In this document: piece by piece, positions 32,516 to 42,389 of the stretch
Numbering within the stretch: position 1 is the first letter of the stretch
How the letters are laid out: each line of letters begins with the position of its first letter
Program-made: the position numbers and the translations under genes
Notes under the pieces: generated by a model
The model's database searches: none
What the model was told of the DNA's origin: nothing
Seen by the model: only the letters and a program-made list of their open reading frames with translations
Source of the DNA: a virus
Direction: 5' to 3' (one strand)
Length of the DNA stretch: 43,949 bases
IMG/VR virus record: IMGVR_UViG_3300045988_155612

Positions 32516-33078
32516 TAAGTAAGTACCTCCTCCTTCAAATCTTTCCACGTGAGCGACTTGACCTCGCTCCATTTATAGGGCTTGACCTTAGCCCACGTGT
32601 TATAAAGAAGCTCTACCGTAAAGACCATGTTATACGGCAGAATGCGCTCAAGCGTCTCGGAGATAATCGTCTCCTGCTTTTTGACGCCGAGTGCGACTTT
32701 CACATTGACGGTAAAGGTCGCCGTCGTGATAGTCAAAACATAACCTCCCGCTCCGCAGAGAGACTCAAGCAGAGCGGCGAGGCTTTTCCTTGTGTAGGGA
32801 ATATTTTCGTTGTACCGGCTGAGCAGCCGGAGCTTGCGGTCGTCAAGAGTATCTGTCGCGAAGGGCGTGATACCCAGCATTTTCTCCCGGCGGGCTACAC
32901 CGTTCTCGGTAGCCTCGGAGATAAATTGGTCGTTCATGCAGTCCTCGCAGGCATCCCAGATGGCTTGTACCTCCGGGGTCTCAGCTTCCATGATTGCCCG
33001 CATTTCCTGTACGTCTTTCAGCACGTCGGGAAGATACTCTTTAAGGTCGATGGTCCTGATGTTGTTGAAGTTACGCAT
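32515..33078 (-). CDS. Baseplate/tail protein (DUF2313, XkdU-like)
   Basis: Lies after the baseplate J gene. The family assignment rests on position and memory of the N-terminus. Confidence 0.6.
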   Translation of the reverse strand: MRNFNNIRTIDLKEYLPDVLKDVQEMRAIMEAETPEVQAIWDACEDCMNDQFISEATENGVARREKMLGITPFATDTLDDRKLRLLSRYNENIPYTRKSLAALLESLCGAGGYVLTITTATFTVNVKVALGVKKQETIISETLERILPYNMVFTVELLYNTWAKVKPYKWSEVKSLTWKDLKEEVLT

Positions 33079-34129
33079 TTGTGAACGACCCCCTTACGGC
33101 GACCGCGTCCTTATCGAGTGTGAGATTTCCCGCCTGACCGTTCAGGGTCGTGCCGGAAATATCAACAATACCGGCAAGCGCGAGAAGTCTCGACTCGATT
33201 TGCGATACACGGACAATCAGCCCCGCCTCTTTACTCCACGTCGAGTTGAGCTCGAGATAGTAGGCGTCAAGAGCGCTCTGAATGTACGGGAGGCACTCAG
33301 TCAAGTTCCAGCCCGAGGCAAAAGTCAGGGTCGTAGAGATATTGACCGTAGTACCTGCCGCGCCGACGACCGTAACCTCATGGTCGATAGGGGCAAGGCC
33401 GATACCATCGCCGCTGTTCTGCGTCGGGTCGATGGCCGTCTGCACGGTATTGATAAGGGTATCTGAAGGCGGTTGGTAGTCGCTTCCCGTAATAACGAGC
33501 TTGACTGTTCCGGGACCTTTCCACGCACGGTAGGGCTTGCACCCGCCGACGCCCGGCAGTGCCTCGGTGACTTCGATATACTGCCCACGGTTGAAGCCGT
33601 AGGACTGATTCTCAAAGCTGTTGAGGTAGCGCAGTCTCAGGGTCTCGGTCGCTTCTTCGTCTTCACCGTTAATAACGATACTCGTCAGCTCCGCGGTCGC
33701 GAGTCCCTCGATATACTCGATGGGAATAAGCTGACCGGTGTAGCTGTTCGAGTCCGCACCGGCGGTCTCACAAGTAAGGTAATACTTGAGAGACTCGATT
33801 TTCTCGGTCACGGCCCAGTTGTATTTATCGCAGGAGAAGCGCGTGCCGACAGGAATATCCATACTGAACTCGCCGATACCCACGGCGCAGGTCGCCGGCA
33901 GAGGCGTGATACCGCGCTCAGCGCAGCGCATGATAAGGTAGTCTCTGCTTGCGGTGTCTGCGAAGGTCTCATTGAGTACAGTATCGAGAGCCACATAAAT
34001 CATGGCGCTCTCAAGGGAGTTCGGCGCAAGCGCATCGAAAATAATCGAGCCCTCGCGCTTATCAAGGCTCGACGCTATGCGGGCGAGTTTCTCTTGAAGA
34101 ATCGCCTCATAGGTTTTATCCTCATACAT
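33071..34129 (-). CDS. Baseplate J-like protein (XkdT-like)
   Basis: Start trimmed to MYEDKTYEAIL (ATGTATGA coupling with the upstream gene). Size and position match those in PBSX-like tail modules. Confidence 0.75.
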   Translation of the reverse strand: MYEDKTYEAILQEKLARIASSLDKREGSIIFDALAPNSLESAMIYVALDTVLNETFADTASRDYLIMRCAERGITPLPATCAVGIGEFSMDIPVGTRFSCDKYNWAVTEKIESLKYYLTCETAGADSNSYTGQLIPIEYIEGLATAELTSIVINGEDEEATETLRLRYLNSFENQSYGFNRGQYIEVTEALPGVGGCKPYRAWKGPGTVKLVITGSDYQPPSDTLINTVQTAIDPTQNSGDGIGLAPIDHEVTVVGAAGTTVNISTTLTFASGWNLTECLPYIQSALDAYYLELNSTWSKEAGLIVRVSQIESRLLALAGIVDISGTTLNGQAGNLTLDKDAVAVRGSFTNA

Positions 34130-34514
34130 CGGTTTCCACCTCCAAATCGCCGAAAATGCTATGCACGGTAAAGGTGACGTGCACGGTCTTTTTTCCGGTC
34201 TCAAACTCGAAGCCGTCTACTGCGGTGATTCGGTCGTCCTGCAGTAGGGCCTCTGTAATGCAACGCTTAATCTCTGGAAGCGCATACTCTTTCGGCTGGC
34301 CGATAAGCTCGACGAGCTCAACGCCGTAGTTCCATGAGTAAATGAGATAGGCGTACCGCTCCGTGCTGAGAATCAGGTAAATAGCCTGCCTCAGCGACTC
34401 GAGCTCGTCTACCATGCCGCGAATGCGCCCATGCTCAATATCCAGAGCGTAAGTAAGACTCGGCTGAGTCTCGACCTCAAGCGTCAAAAGGTCGTCTTCT
34501 ACTTTAGGTATCAT
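34122..34514 (-). CDS. Baseplate protein (XkdS / DUF2634-like)
   Basis: 130 aa. Synteny with the PBSX tail module. Confidence 0.6.
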   Translation of the reverse strand: MIPKVEDDLLTLEVETQPSLTYALDIEHGRIRGMVDELESLRQAIYLILSTERYAYLIYSWNYGVELVELIGQPKEYALPEIKRCITEALLQDDRITAVDGFEFETGKKTVHVTFTVHSIFGDLEVETDV

Positions 34515-34894
34515 TTTGGCGCCTCCACTCTGTCTAAGATAATAAACTTCTGGCCGCCGTCGGCCCGCAGGAGAAGCACTTGCTCACCGGTCTTTAGGGC
34601 AAGGTGTACCTTGTAGGCCTTTTTGCCCTTGTAGGCGTGCTTATGACTTGCGAACTCTGCGTAGCCGCTGCCGCCGGAAGTTTCTTCTGTCTGGTGGTCC
34701 ACCGTCATATAAACGGTGAAGTCTCGCACCGCATTCGTCAAGATGAGCTGACTTGCAGTAAGTTCGAGCTTCTGGTCAACCTGCACCTTGAGCGGGGAGA
34801 CACTCGTCACCTTACCGAGGATAAAGCCGAAGGGTTTGCCGGCGGCTACAGCCTCGACCGCGGCGCGCTTTACGTTTTCTAAAAAACCGTTCAT
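34511..34894 (-). CDS. Baseplate protein (XkdR / DUF2577-like)
   Basis: Start chosen at MNGFLENVKRAAVEAV (TGATATG coupling). The GTG start at 34915 is an alternative. Confidence 0.6.
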   Translation of the reverse strand: MNGFLENVKRAAVEAVAAGKPFGFILGKVTSVSPLKVQVDQKLELTASQLILTNAVRDFTVYMTVDHQTEETSGGSGYAEFASHKHAYKGKKAYKVHLALKTGEQVLLLRADGGQKFIILDRVEAPK

Positions 34895-34895
34895 A

Positions 34896-35864
34896 TCAAG
34901 TGACAAATGTACCACCTCGCAATTTCAGGTCCATCAGGTGTTGCTCTTGCTTGAACTTGTGCGTCACCGATTCGACCAGTAGGTAGCTCTGGACGTTGAT
35001 GTCTCCGAGCCCCAGCTTAACAATAACGGACGAGCCCGCCCGGACTCTCGTATCGCCGAGCGCGTCGGAGATAGAGAGCGAGCGGGTTTTTGTGTTGTAG
35101 AGCTTTAGGAGAGCCTCTGCCTTTGCCGCGCCGCTTGCGGAGAGCTCGACGGTATCGGTGTATTGCAGAAGGCCCCACTTGTTGATGTTCGAGCTGTCTT
35201 TCGCAATGAAGATTTCGCGCTTGCCCGAATCCTTGTTCTCAAATGTAATCTTGATTTGGTTGTAGGTCTGCTTGTCGATGGTACTCGAATAGGAGTACTC
35301 GCCGATAGTGTCGGCGTCGATAAGCAGATTCAGCTTCATGCTCTCAATGTCCTGCAGCGTCAGCTTGCCGACTTTATCGTAAAGCACATAGAGCTTAGTT
35401 TTCGCCCGCAGTGTTTCATCAAGCGCATTCTGGGCGATGTCAAAGAGCGTGGCGTTGTCCTCCGTCCTCGAGGCGATAACGTACCCCGTGTCCTCAAGCG
35501 CTCCCACGCTGAGGCCGAAGTCCTCGGCTATCATCTTGATAACGTCGCTCGCTTTCTTGTTCGAGTAGACATAGGTGTCCTTATTCTTGAAGTAGCGGAG
35601 CTGGTCGTAGGCGGTAACCTCGATAACGTTCGGCGTGCGGCCTGAGCGGCTCTTTGTAAAGACAAAGCCGTAAAACATGTCCGTCCCATCGACGGACAGC
35701 TTTACGGCGTCTCCTTCCTGAAAAGACAAGACGGAATCCTTTACCACGGAAAACTTGAGCTTTCCGGGAGAGCCTTTGCGGTCCCACGAAAGGCTGATAC
35801 CTTCCTCAACGATGGGGTAGAGAATCGTGCTGCCGCTCTGAATGATTAAATCTACTTTACTCAT
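34896..35864 (-). CDS. Baseplate hub/tail protein (XkdQ-like)
   Basis: 322 aa. Lies after the LysM protein, as in PBSX. Confidence 0.6.
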   Translation of the reverse strand: MSKVDLIIQSGSTILYPIVEEGISLSWDRKGSPGKLKFSVVKDSVLSFQEGDAVKLSVDGTDMFYGFVFTKSRSGRTPNVIEVTAYDQLRYFKNKDTYVYSNKKASDVIKMIAEDFGLSVGALEDTGYVIASRTEDNATLFDIAQNALDETLRAKTKLYVLYDKVGKLTLQDIESMKLNLLIDADTIGEYSYSSTIDKQTYNQIKITFENKDSGKREIFIAKDSSNINKWGLLQYTDTVELSASGAAKAEALLKLYNTKTRSLSISDALGDTRVRAGSSVIVKLGLGDINVQSYLLVESVTHKFKQEQHLMDLKLRGGTFVT

Positions 35865-36523
35865 GGAATCGTCAACACCTGCCCCGGGTAAATAAGGTTA
35901 GGATTCTTTATCTTGCCCTTATTCGCGTCATAGATTTTTGTGTACTGCGCTCCGTTGCCGTAATACTTCTTAGCGATGTTCCAGAGGCAATCTCCCTTCT
36001 TTACGGTATAGGATTTCGTCTTAGGCTTGCTCGAAGTCTCGCGCTTCTTCTCCTCCTTGATGGTGGGCTTGTTCGCGGCCGCGGCCGGTTTCGTTACCGT
36101 GACGGTCTTCGTCGCGTAGTCGATATACTGCTTGAGCGTAACCGAAACGGTCACGTCAGGGCCTTTTGTGGCGTCCTCTGTGATGTTATAGCTCTCAAGG
36201 CTTACTTTCATATTCGTATCGAACAAAAGTCTCCCAGAGGGCGACACACGACTCACGATGAAGCGGAACGGAGTCTTACTTGTCATGTAGTTCTCGAAAA
36301 TACCGAGGTAGTAGTCAGGTCTGCGGAAGGTACCCGCAAAAGAGTACTGCCCCAGCATAGGGAGAACAACGTCAAAGCTGATTTCGGTCAAGCCGGGAGA
36401 GCGCAGGAAGTTTATATCGCCCTCATTGACAAGGGTAAGCGTCTTGTTGTTCCCCTTGATTTTGGTCGTCAGCTTCTGCGGCGTAACTGGCAAAAGCAGA
36501 CGCCCGAAGTAAAAGCTATACAT
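35861..36523 (-). CDS. LysM-domain tail protein (XkdP-like)
   Basis: C-terminal LysM segment YTVKKGDCLWNIAKKYYGNGAQYTKIYDANKGKIKNPNLIYPGQVLTIP. Confidence 0.8.
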   Translation of the reverse strand: MYSFYFGRLLLPVTPQKLTTKIKGNNKTLTLVNEGDINFLRSPGLTEISFDVVLPMLGQYSFAGTFRRPDYYLGIFENYMTSKTPFRFIVSRVSPSGRLLFDTNMKVSLESYNITEDATKGPDVTVSVTLKQYIDYATKTVTVTKPAAAANKPTIKEEKKRETSSKPKTKSYTVKKGDCLWNIAKKYYGNGAQYTKIYDANKGKIKNPNLIYPGQVLTIP

Positions 36524-38430
36524 TATTCATGCACCCCCTCAGCAGCGACCTCGAGTGCTTCCGCGAAGCCCTCGGTCAGAGTATTCAGCACGCCGTCAAG
36601 GTCCATATCGGAATCAATGCGGTTAGTCATGCCGGTCATATCGATTTTGACCTCGGCGGTCGTGAAGCGGTTGATTGCTTCCTGCTCCGCAAGGTCTCTC
36701 ATATATTTCAGGTCCTCGGTCGTTTCCTTTAGAGAAGCGGCCGTGCTTCCTGCACTGTCGTTAATGCCGGCGGTGTCCGCACCGATACCGTCAAGAGCGG
36801 TCTGTTCTGCGGAGCTGTCAGCCGCGGCGTCGGCCTTTGCCTGTGCATAAGCGGCCTGCAAAGCGTCGACAGAAGAATTGAGCTCAGCTTTCAAAGAGTC
36901 GATATGCGCGTCTCTTCCGGCTTTCGCGCTCGCAAGCTCACTCTCATACGCGGCAAGGTCTGCCGCGCGAGCGGACTTCGCAGCCTCGTTTTCCGCCGCG
37001 GCGGTTGTCGCGAAGGTTACATGCTCGATGGCGTCGATACTCACGCCGGGGATTTTATTCAGCACCCCGATGAACTTGTTGATAATATCGATAGCGCCGT
37101 TAATCATGTTCTGGAGAATCGTCAGTACAGAGACTTTCATATCCCCCATGAAGTTCGCGATTGCTACACCGGCTTTCTGCCAGCAGAGCTTGAGCTTGTC
37201 TACGAGGTCAATGACCCAGTAGACGCCGGTAAAGAATGTGAGCTTGACCGCGTTCCAGCCCACGATAAGTGCGAGCTTGCAAATCTCCCACGCATTTTTA
37301 ACGCCGCCGATAGACTGAATCCACCGATACATCGCCGCAACAAGTACGCCGATGATAATGGCAATCCAGAGAATCGGATTCGAGAGGAGCGAAACAATAA
37401 GGGCCTGATTTGCCGCGACAGCCAGCCACTGAGCAGCGGCATGGACGACCCACGCAACGGCGAGAATGCCGACTGTAGTAGCCAGCCCCACGAGTACCGC
37501 GCTGACCATATCTGCGTTCTCCGTGAGGAAGGCGACGATATTATTCAGCCACGAGACGATGGTCGTAAGGACCGGCAGAAGCTGCTCAGCCATAATGCCG
37601 GTAAACTCGAGCCAGCTCTCGGAGAGAAGCCGGGTCTGGTTGGCGTAGCTATCCTGCGTGCGGGCAAAGTCGCCTTGCGCGTCGGCGGTCGTGCTCATAA
37701 GGTAATTGTACCGGAGCATGACCTGCTCAGCCTGAGACATTTCGTTGTAGGCCGTTGTGATACCCTGCGAGAGGGCATAAGCCTCGAGGTTGGCGACCGA
37801 CATGTTAATGCCGAGCTGCTTCAAGGGCTCTGTCTCGCCGGAGATACCGGAACGGATTTTCTCGAAGGCGGTCTCAAGGTCAAGGTTATAGAACGACGCC
37901 ATATCGCCGGCAAGGCCGACCATATCTTTCGACATATCTACAATGGCGTCGCCCGCAAGGCCGGAAGACTTGAGCATGGCGCCGATAGTGCCGGCGTACC
38001 GCTTTGCGCTTACCTCGTTCATGCCGTAAGCGGCAAGACACTCTTTCGACCACGAGTTGATAGCCTCCGTAGCGCTTCCGAAAGTAACGTCGACGACGTT
38101 CTGGACTTCGGCAAGGTCGGAGGCATAATCAATTCCGGTCTTGATGGTATCGAGCGCCTTGCGGGCAATCATCACAAGCCCGATGGCTTTCGCGAGCCGG
38201 CTGAAGGCGTCGGTTGATTTATTCGTATGGTCTTCCAACTGGTCCAGCGCGGCACTTGCTCTCGCAAGTTCCTCGCGGGCCTCTTGAATGGAGGCGGTGT
38301 CGATAGCCCGTCCGGACGCGTCCTGCATAGCCTCGAAGCTATTAAGTACAATGTTCATCGCCTTATTGATACTCTTGAGCGGGCCGGTCATGCCGTCCGT
38401 AAGTACGAGCTGCGACTTGATAAGGGCCAT
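36523..38430 (-). CDS. Tail tape measure protein
   Basis: 635 aa, Ala-rich and helical, with a central multi-TM hydrophobic block. Follows the chaperone genes. Confidence 0.85.
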   Translation of the reverse strand: MALIKSQLVLTDGMTGPLKSINKAMNIVLNSFEAMQDASGRAIDTASIQEAREELARASAALDQLEDHTNKSTDAFSRLAKAIGLVMIARKALDTIKTGIDYASDLAEVQNVVDVTFGSATEAINSWSKECLAAYGMNEVSAKRYAGTIGAMLKSSGLAGDAIVDMSKDMVGLAGDMASFYNLDLETAFEKIRSGISGETEPLKQLGINMSVANLEAYALSQGITTAYNEMSQAEQVMLRYNYLMSTTADAQGDFARTQDSYANQTRLLSESWLEFTGIMAEQLLPVLTTIVSWLNNIVAFLTENADMVSAVLVGLATTVGILAVAWVVHAAAQWLAVAANQALIVSLLSNPILWIAIIIGVLVAAMYRWIQSIGGVKNAWEICKLALIVGWNAVKLTFFTGVYWVIDLVDKLKLCWQKAGVAIANFMGDMKVSVLTILQNMINGAIDIINKFIGVLNKIPGVSIDAIEHVTFATTAAAENEAAKSARAADLAAYESELASAKAGRDAHIDSLKAELNSSVDALQAAYAQAKADAAADSSAEQTALDGIGADTAGINDSAGSTAASLKETTEDLKYMRDLAEQEAINRFTTAEVKIDMTGMTNRIDSDMDLDGVLNTLTEGFAEALEVAAEGVHE

Positions 38431-38480
38431 AGGCCTCCTCCTTTCCGGGAATAGGCGCCGAGGCTTGACCCGGCTTTACC

Positions 38481-38672
38481 TCAGCGCTTTTTCCCGTGTT
38501 TTGCTTTGGACGCTTCTTTCTTCTCCTGCTCGACCTTTATATCGATAGCAGCGATAATGAACGCCTGCGTATACGGGTCCATGTCAAGGAAGACATTCGG
38601 CGGCCATTTGAACTTATGGAGACAGTAATAGACGTAGTTCGCCTCCGGGTCGTCTCCGAGTATTAGTTTTTT
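38481..38672 (-). CDS. -1 frameshift extension of the tail assembly chaperone (gpGT-like)
   Basis: Slippery A_AAA_AAC at 38672-38666, just before the stop codon of the upstream ORF. The -1 frame reads ...LILGDDPEANYVYYCLHKFKWPPNVFLDMDPYTQAFIIAAIDIKVEQEKKEASKAKHGKKR to a TGA at 38483-38481. Confidence 0.65.
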   Translation of the reverse strand, partial: KKLILGDDPEANYVYYCLHKFKWPPNVFLDMDPYTQAFIIAAIDIKVEQEKKEASKAKHGKKR

Positions 38673-39094
38673 GCTTCTTCCACCATTTCGTCGCCGGACT
38701 GGAAGCCATTGACCTGCAGGACCTTAGTGGAGTAGTCCTCGAACTCGGCGGGGGTCAGCATAGTGGTGATAAGCTGCTCCGCGCCCATAACGCCATAGCT
38801 CTGCTGGAGTTCGGCGTCATTCAGATTCGGGAACACCGTGCAGCGGACGGCCACCTTTGCGAGGTAGGCATTCGCGTCGAAGTCCTGCGTAAACTGGCCC
38901 TTGCGACCGGGCACCGGGACGGTACGCATGCAGGCCTTTCTCAGACCAGCATTCTCCGCCGCGGTAATGCAGCAGATTTCCCACGGCATAGCCTCGCCGG
39001 TATCGGGGTCGATGAAACGGTCGGAAGCGATAAAGGTAACGTTGTCGATTTTCTTCGCGTTCTGAGCAAGGAACGCAGTCAGATTCTTAGCCAT
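38663..39094 (-). CDS. Tail assembly chaperone (XkdN-like)
   Basis: 143 aa, between the tube and tape measure genes. N-terminus MAKNLTAFLAQNAKKIDNVTF. Confidence 0.75.
   Translation of the reverse strand: MAKNLTAFLAQNAKKIDNVTFIASDRFIDPDTGEAMPWEICCITAAENAGLRKACMRTVPVPGRKGQFTQDFDANAYLAKVAVRCTVFPNLNDAELQQSYGVMGAEQLITTMLTPAEFEDYSTKVLQVNGFQSGDEMVEEAKN
38666..38672 (-). promoter_or_regulatory. Programmed -1 ribosomal frameshift slippery heptamer
   Basis: A_AAA_AAC immediately 5' of the chaperone TAA stop codon. Confidence 0.65.
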
Positions 39095-39122
39095 AGTAAA
39101 ATACCTCCTGTTTTATGTTGGT

Positions 39123-39599
39123 TTACTGCATGCCGTTCAGCAAGCTAAAGGTCTCGGGCATTTCCCAGTCGTCGAAGGTGCCCTCGAGTTCCTCGTCGAG
39201 AGTCTCGGCGTCGGCGTCAAACTTCGCCAGAATGCCGCCCTTAGTGAGGCAGTTCTTCAAGATGATAGTCTGGCGGCCGACAGAAGCGGTCGGGTCTTCG
39301 TTCGCGACCTGAATATCGAACGTAGGCATAAAGCCGGTACGCTTATACTCGAGGAGCATTTTGCGGAAAACGGACTGGTTGTAGTGGGCGGTGCCACTCC
39401 ACGTGCCGGACCAGCCGGTCGGCTTGTTGCCCTTGCCGGACTTACCGAGGATAGGCACCTCAGCTACGGAGATGTCCATTTTGGACTCGAAGGAATAGAG
39501 CTGCATAAAGCAATATCTGTTGCCGTCGGCCAGTGTGATATACGCGGAAGCCTGAGAGCCCGCAATCGCGTCGAGCGCGTTCATAATAGGCTGAGCCAT
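39123..39599 (-). CDS. Tail tube protein (XkdM-like)
   Basis: 158 aa, directly after the sheath gene. Confidence 0.8.
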   Translation of the reverse strand: MAQPIMNALDAIAGSQASAYITLADGNRYCFMQLYSFESKMDISVAEVPILGKSGKGNKPTGWSGTWSGTAHYNQSVFRKMLLEYKRTGFMPTFDIQVANEDPTASVGRQTIILKNCLTKGGILAKFDADAETLDEELEGTFDDWEMPETFSLLNGMQ

Positions 39600-39612
39600 A
39601 ATTCAAACCTCC

Positions 39613-40953
39613 TTACATGATGATAACGCTCATATAGAGCTGAGCCATAGCGTTCACGACGTTCAGGTCCTTCACGGTGCAAAGGACGGCCTTCTTCGTG
39701 TCGCCCTGCTCCACGGTTACGCTGTCGGGGTCGAAGTCCTCGATAGCGCGAATAGACTCGAGGTCCTGATGGAGCTTGCAAATATCGTTCCAGAGAGCGA
39801 TTCTGCCCGCCGCATCGTTCGGCACGGTGCCGAGGTAGCGCGTGTTGAAGAGGACCGCCGTATCGTTCGCAATCTGGTCGCAGACGCGGATAGTCTGATT
39901 CGACTTGAAGACGTCGCCCTTCGTGTCGGAGACAGTAATCAGGGAATCGATGTCCTCGAGAATGCGAACGTCGCCGTTGACATTGTGGAACATCAAGCGA
40001 CCGGCCTTGATTGCTGCCTCGAGCTCGGCCTGCGTTCTGTCTACGTCGACGGTGAGCTCGCCGTCATACTTCTTGTTCGTGTTGGACTTGTTCACGGCGC
40101 AGCCCGCAGACGCGCCGGTCATCCAATACACAAGACCGTACTGGCCAAGACCGGAAATGCCGGAATCGTAGTCCGTCACCTTGCTGCCGATTTCGATAAC
40201 GCCCTCATAGTCTGCGAGCTTCTCGTTGGAATCGAGGTTAAAGATAACGGTCTGGAACTTCGCGCCGACCTCGTCACGGAGACGCTTTGTGTAGTTGATA
40301 TACAGCTTGATAGTGGTCGAGTCATCGGACGGGCAGCCGAGAGTATTGAAGCTGTAGCTTTCAAACTTATCGAGCGCCGCCTGATGAGCCGCCGCGTTTG
40401 CCGTGCCGTTCGTGCCGCCGGTGAGCGGGGTCTTTGCAGTCGCGGCGAGAGACGCGGTAGTCTTCCACGTTACGAAGTCGTTATCCTTGAGCGCGGTAGC
40501 CGCAGCCACGGTCTGCGTATCGAGGAGAGTCGTATCGTAGTAGAGGCTGACGTCAAAGAGGTCAGCGTTATCAGCGTTCGCTGCGATAACCACATAGAGC
40601 TTGTTGCCGGCAATGCCGGAATACTTCGCCGTGCAGTAAGCGCAGGCAGCCTTAGTACCTCCACCGTTCAGGCGATAGGCGTAGAGGGTCTGCGTATACT
40701 GGAAGAGCTCGCGCAGAGGCAGCAAAGCGTCGTCGGTGTACGCATGACCGAAAATCTTGAGGCTGTTCTTCTGGAAGTCGCCGCTTGTCACGGTAAAGAC
40801 CGTACTGTCGGGACCCCAGTCCAGCATAAGAGGCATAGCCGCGTAACCTCTGTCGGAGAGAGTAGCGGACGCCTTAGCCACGCTGGAAAAGTTGATATAC
40901 GTGCCGGGGAGTACCTTATTCTGTACTGCCCAGATTCCACCGCCAAGGGCCAT
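39613..40953 (-). CDS. Contractile tail sheath protein (XkdK-like)
   Basis: 446 aa, upstream of the tube gene. N-terminus MALGGGIWAVQNKVLPGTYINF is typical of sheath proteins. Confidence 0.85.
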   Translation of the reverse strand: MALGGGIWAVQNKVLPGTYINFSSVAKASATLSDRGYAAMPLMLDWGPDSTVFTVTSGDFQKNSLKIFGHAYTDDALLPLRELFQYTQTLYAYRLNGGGTKAACAYCTAKYSGIAGNKLYVVIAANADNADLFDVSLYYDTTLLDTQTVAAATALKDNDFVTWKTTASLAATAKTPLTGGTNGTANAAAHQAALDKFESYSFNTLGCPSDDSTTIKLYINYTKRLRDEVGAKFQTVIFNLDSNEKLADYEGVIEIGSKVTDYDSGISGLGQYGLVYWMTGASAGCAVNKSNTNKKYDGELTVDVDRTQAELEAAIKAGRLMFHNVNGDVRILEDIDSLITVSDTKGDVFKSNQTIRVCDQIANDTAVLFNTRYLGTVPNDAAGRIALWNDICKLHQDLESIRAIEDFDPDSVTVEQGDTKKAVLCTVKDLNVVNAMAQLYMSVIIM

Positions 40954-40954
40954 A

Positions 40955-41140
40955 TTATTTCACCTTGCCTTTCATAAAGTTTTCGATAGCGGTATCAACC
41001 TCTTCGAGGGTATACCACTTACCGTCTTCCAAAAGTGCGCCCAGAAGGTCGCGGCGCTTAGCGTAGCGCTGAGACCTCAAAAGCTGCTCTTTGGAGTGAG
41101 TAGGAGCGGCGGGCTTTGCCGCCGCAGTAGCTTTCGCCAT
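40955..41140 (-). CDS. Small hypothetical structural-module protein
   Basis: Start trimmed to MAKATAAAK, preceded by AAGGAGG. Confidence 0.55.
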   Translation of the reverse strand: MAKATAAAKPAAPTHSKEQLLRSQRYAKRRDLLGALLEDGKWYTLEEVDTAIENFMKGKVK

Positions 41141-41141
41141 A

Positions 41142-41567
41142 TCAGTTTCCTCCTTGTTCAATTTTCAGAGTTCCCATCTTGACCTCCTCAGTCGTCTTAT
41201 ACGTGAAGTGGTTATAGGAGACAAGGAAGTGAAGCACTCCGTCCGTCACCTGAAAACTCATATCCGTACCGCGCAGCTTATCGCCGCCGGGCAGGTCAAT
41301 CACTTCAAGCACCTCGGTGAGGGTATCTGCTACGCCGTAGCAGTCCTCACGCCCGGCCTTCGGAAAGTAGAGAACATCGAAACGAGGAAGACGTTTCTTG
41401 CGCTGGGCCGGGTAGTCCGTGACCTCGGCGTTAACCAAAAGCACAATAAAAGCAGGTTGCCGAAGCCCCTGCTTTACTGCGTTTGATTCGATATGACTAC
41501 CGGGAAAAGCGGACCGCAGGGCCAGCGTGATTCCGTCTAAGATAATGTTTGTACTAATTTCCGCCAT
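41142..41567 (-). CDS. Putative tail completion/terminator protein
   Basis: The call rests only on its position between the gp10-like gene and the sheath gene. Confidence 0.5.
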   Translation of the reverse strand: MAEISTNIILDGITLALRSAFPGSHIESNAVKQGLRQPAFIVLLVNAEVTDYPAQRKKRLPRFDVLYFPKAGREDCYGVADTLTEVLEVIDLPGGDKLRGTDMSFQVTDGVLHFLVSYNHFTYKTTEEVKMGTLKIEQGGN

Positions 41568-42027
41568 TGCAGACCTCCTTCAGCTTTCGGAGCGCCATCT
41601 TCTCAAGCACAGACGGGGCGATTCGTTTCAGCTTTTCCTCGGAGATAGTCAGCATGTACCGGCCCTTGACCCAGCCGCCGTTTACGGTACGGTGACCGAA
41701 CTCGACATACGAGGCGTACTCGACCGGATTTATGATTTCGACCATATACGTATTCCCGGACTTTGTAACGGTTAGGGACTGCGCATACTCACGCCCGACT
41801 TTGCCATTCTTAGCGCCCCAGCCTCGGCGGAGGGTGCCACCTTTCTTGCCGGAGCCTTTCGGGTACTTGCCGACTGGGGTAGCCGGAATAACGAGCGCCA
41901 GAAGCCTTGCAGCAAGCTCTTTGCTGCAAGCCACGCAGAGGTCGTCTATCTCAGAGTCGCTCAGCTTTTCAAAGCCTTTCGCAAACTCCCTGAACTGAGA
42001 GAAGTCGCAGCGTCCCCAGCGGGACAT
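41554..42027 (-). CDS. HK97 gp10-family head-tail component
   Basis: ...KKGGTLRRGWG... and ...YASYVEFGHRT... signatures. Confidence 0.7.
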   Translation of the reverse strand: MSRWGRCDFSQFREFAKGFEKLSDSEIDDLCVACSKELAARLLALVIPATPVGKYPKGSGKKGGTLRRGWGAKNGKVGREYAQSLTVTKSGNTYMVEIINPVEYASYVEFGHRTVNGGWVKGRYMLTISEEKLKRIAPSVLEKMALRKLKEVCNGGN

Positions 42028-42389
42028 TAGGCGTACTCCTTGAATGGGACGAGCGGTATCTCCTGATGACAGCTATAGACCGCAGGCTCGCCGGACCTCG
42101 CATAGACGGTAGTCCGGCCTTCCTGCGTTACGACTATCTTAGAGCCCGCCGGGATTTCCGCAGTCTTCGAGATAAAGAGCTTGACCGACTGCTGAATCAG
42201 CGGTGCGCTGTCCTGCTCAGTCGTGCTTGAGATACTTGAGAAGGACAAACGGCAGGGCTCACCATGGAGCTTCTGGACCTCCGTGGGCTCGTCCCGGCCG
42301 TTTGCCTTATTTACCGCTGTCTCGAGGACATAAACGTCACAGAGGCCGTCCCAGAGCCTCCGTAGAGCATCCTGATAGCTTTTCACCAT
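42027..42389 (-). CDS. Head closure / head-tail joining protein
   Basis: The call rests on position and size (120 aa). Confidence 0.55.
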   Translation of the reverse strand: MVKSYQDALRRLWDGLCDVYVLETAVNKANGRDEPTEVQKLHGEPCRLSFSSISSTTEQDSAPLIQQSVKLFISKTAEIPAGSKIVVTQEGRTTVYARSGEPAVYSCHQEIPLVPFKEYA

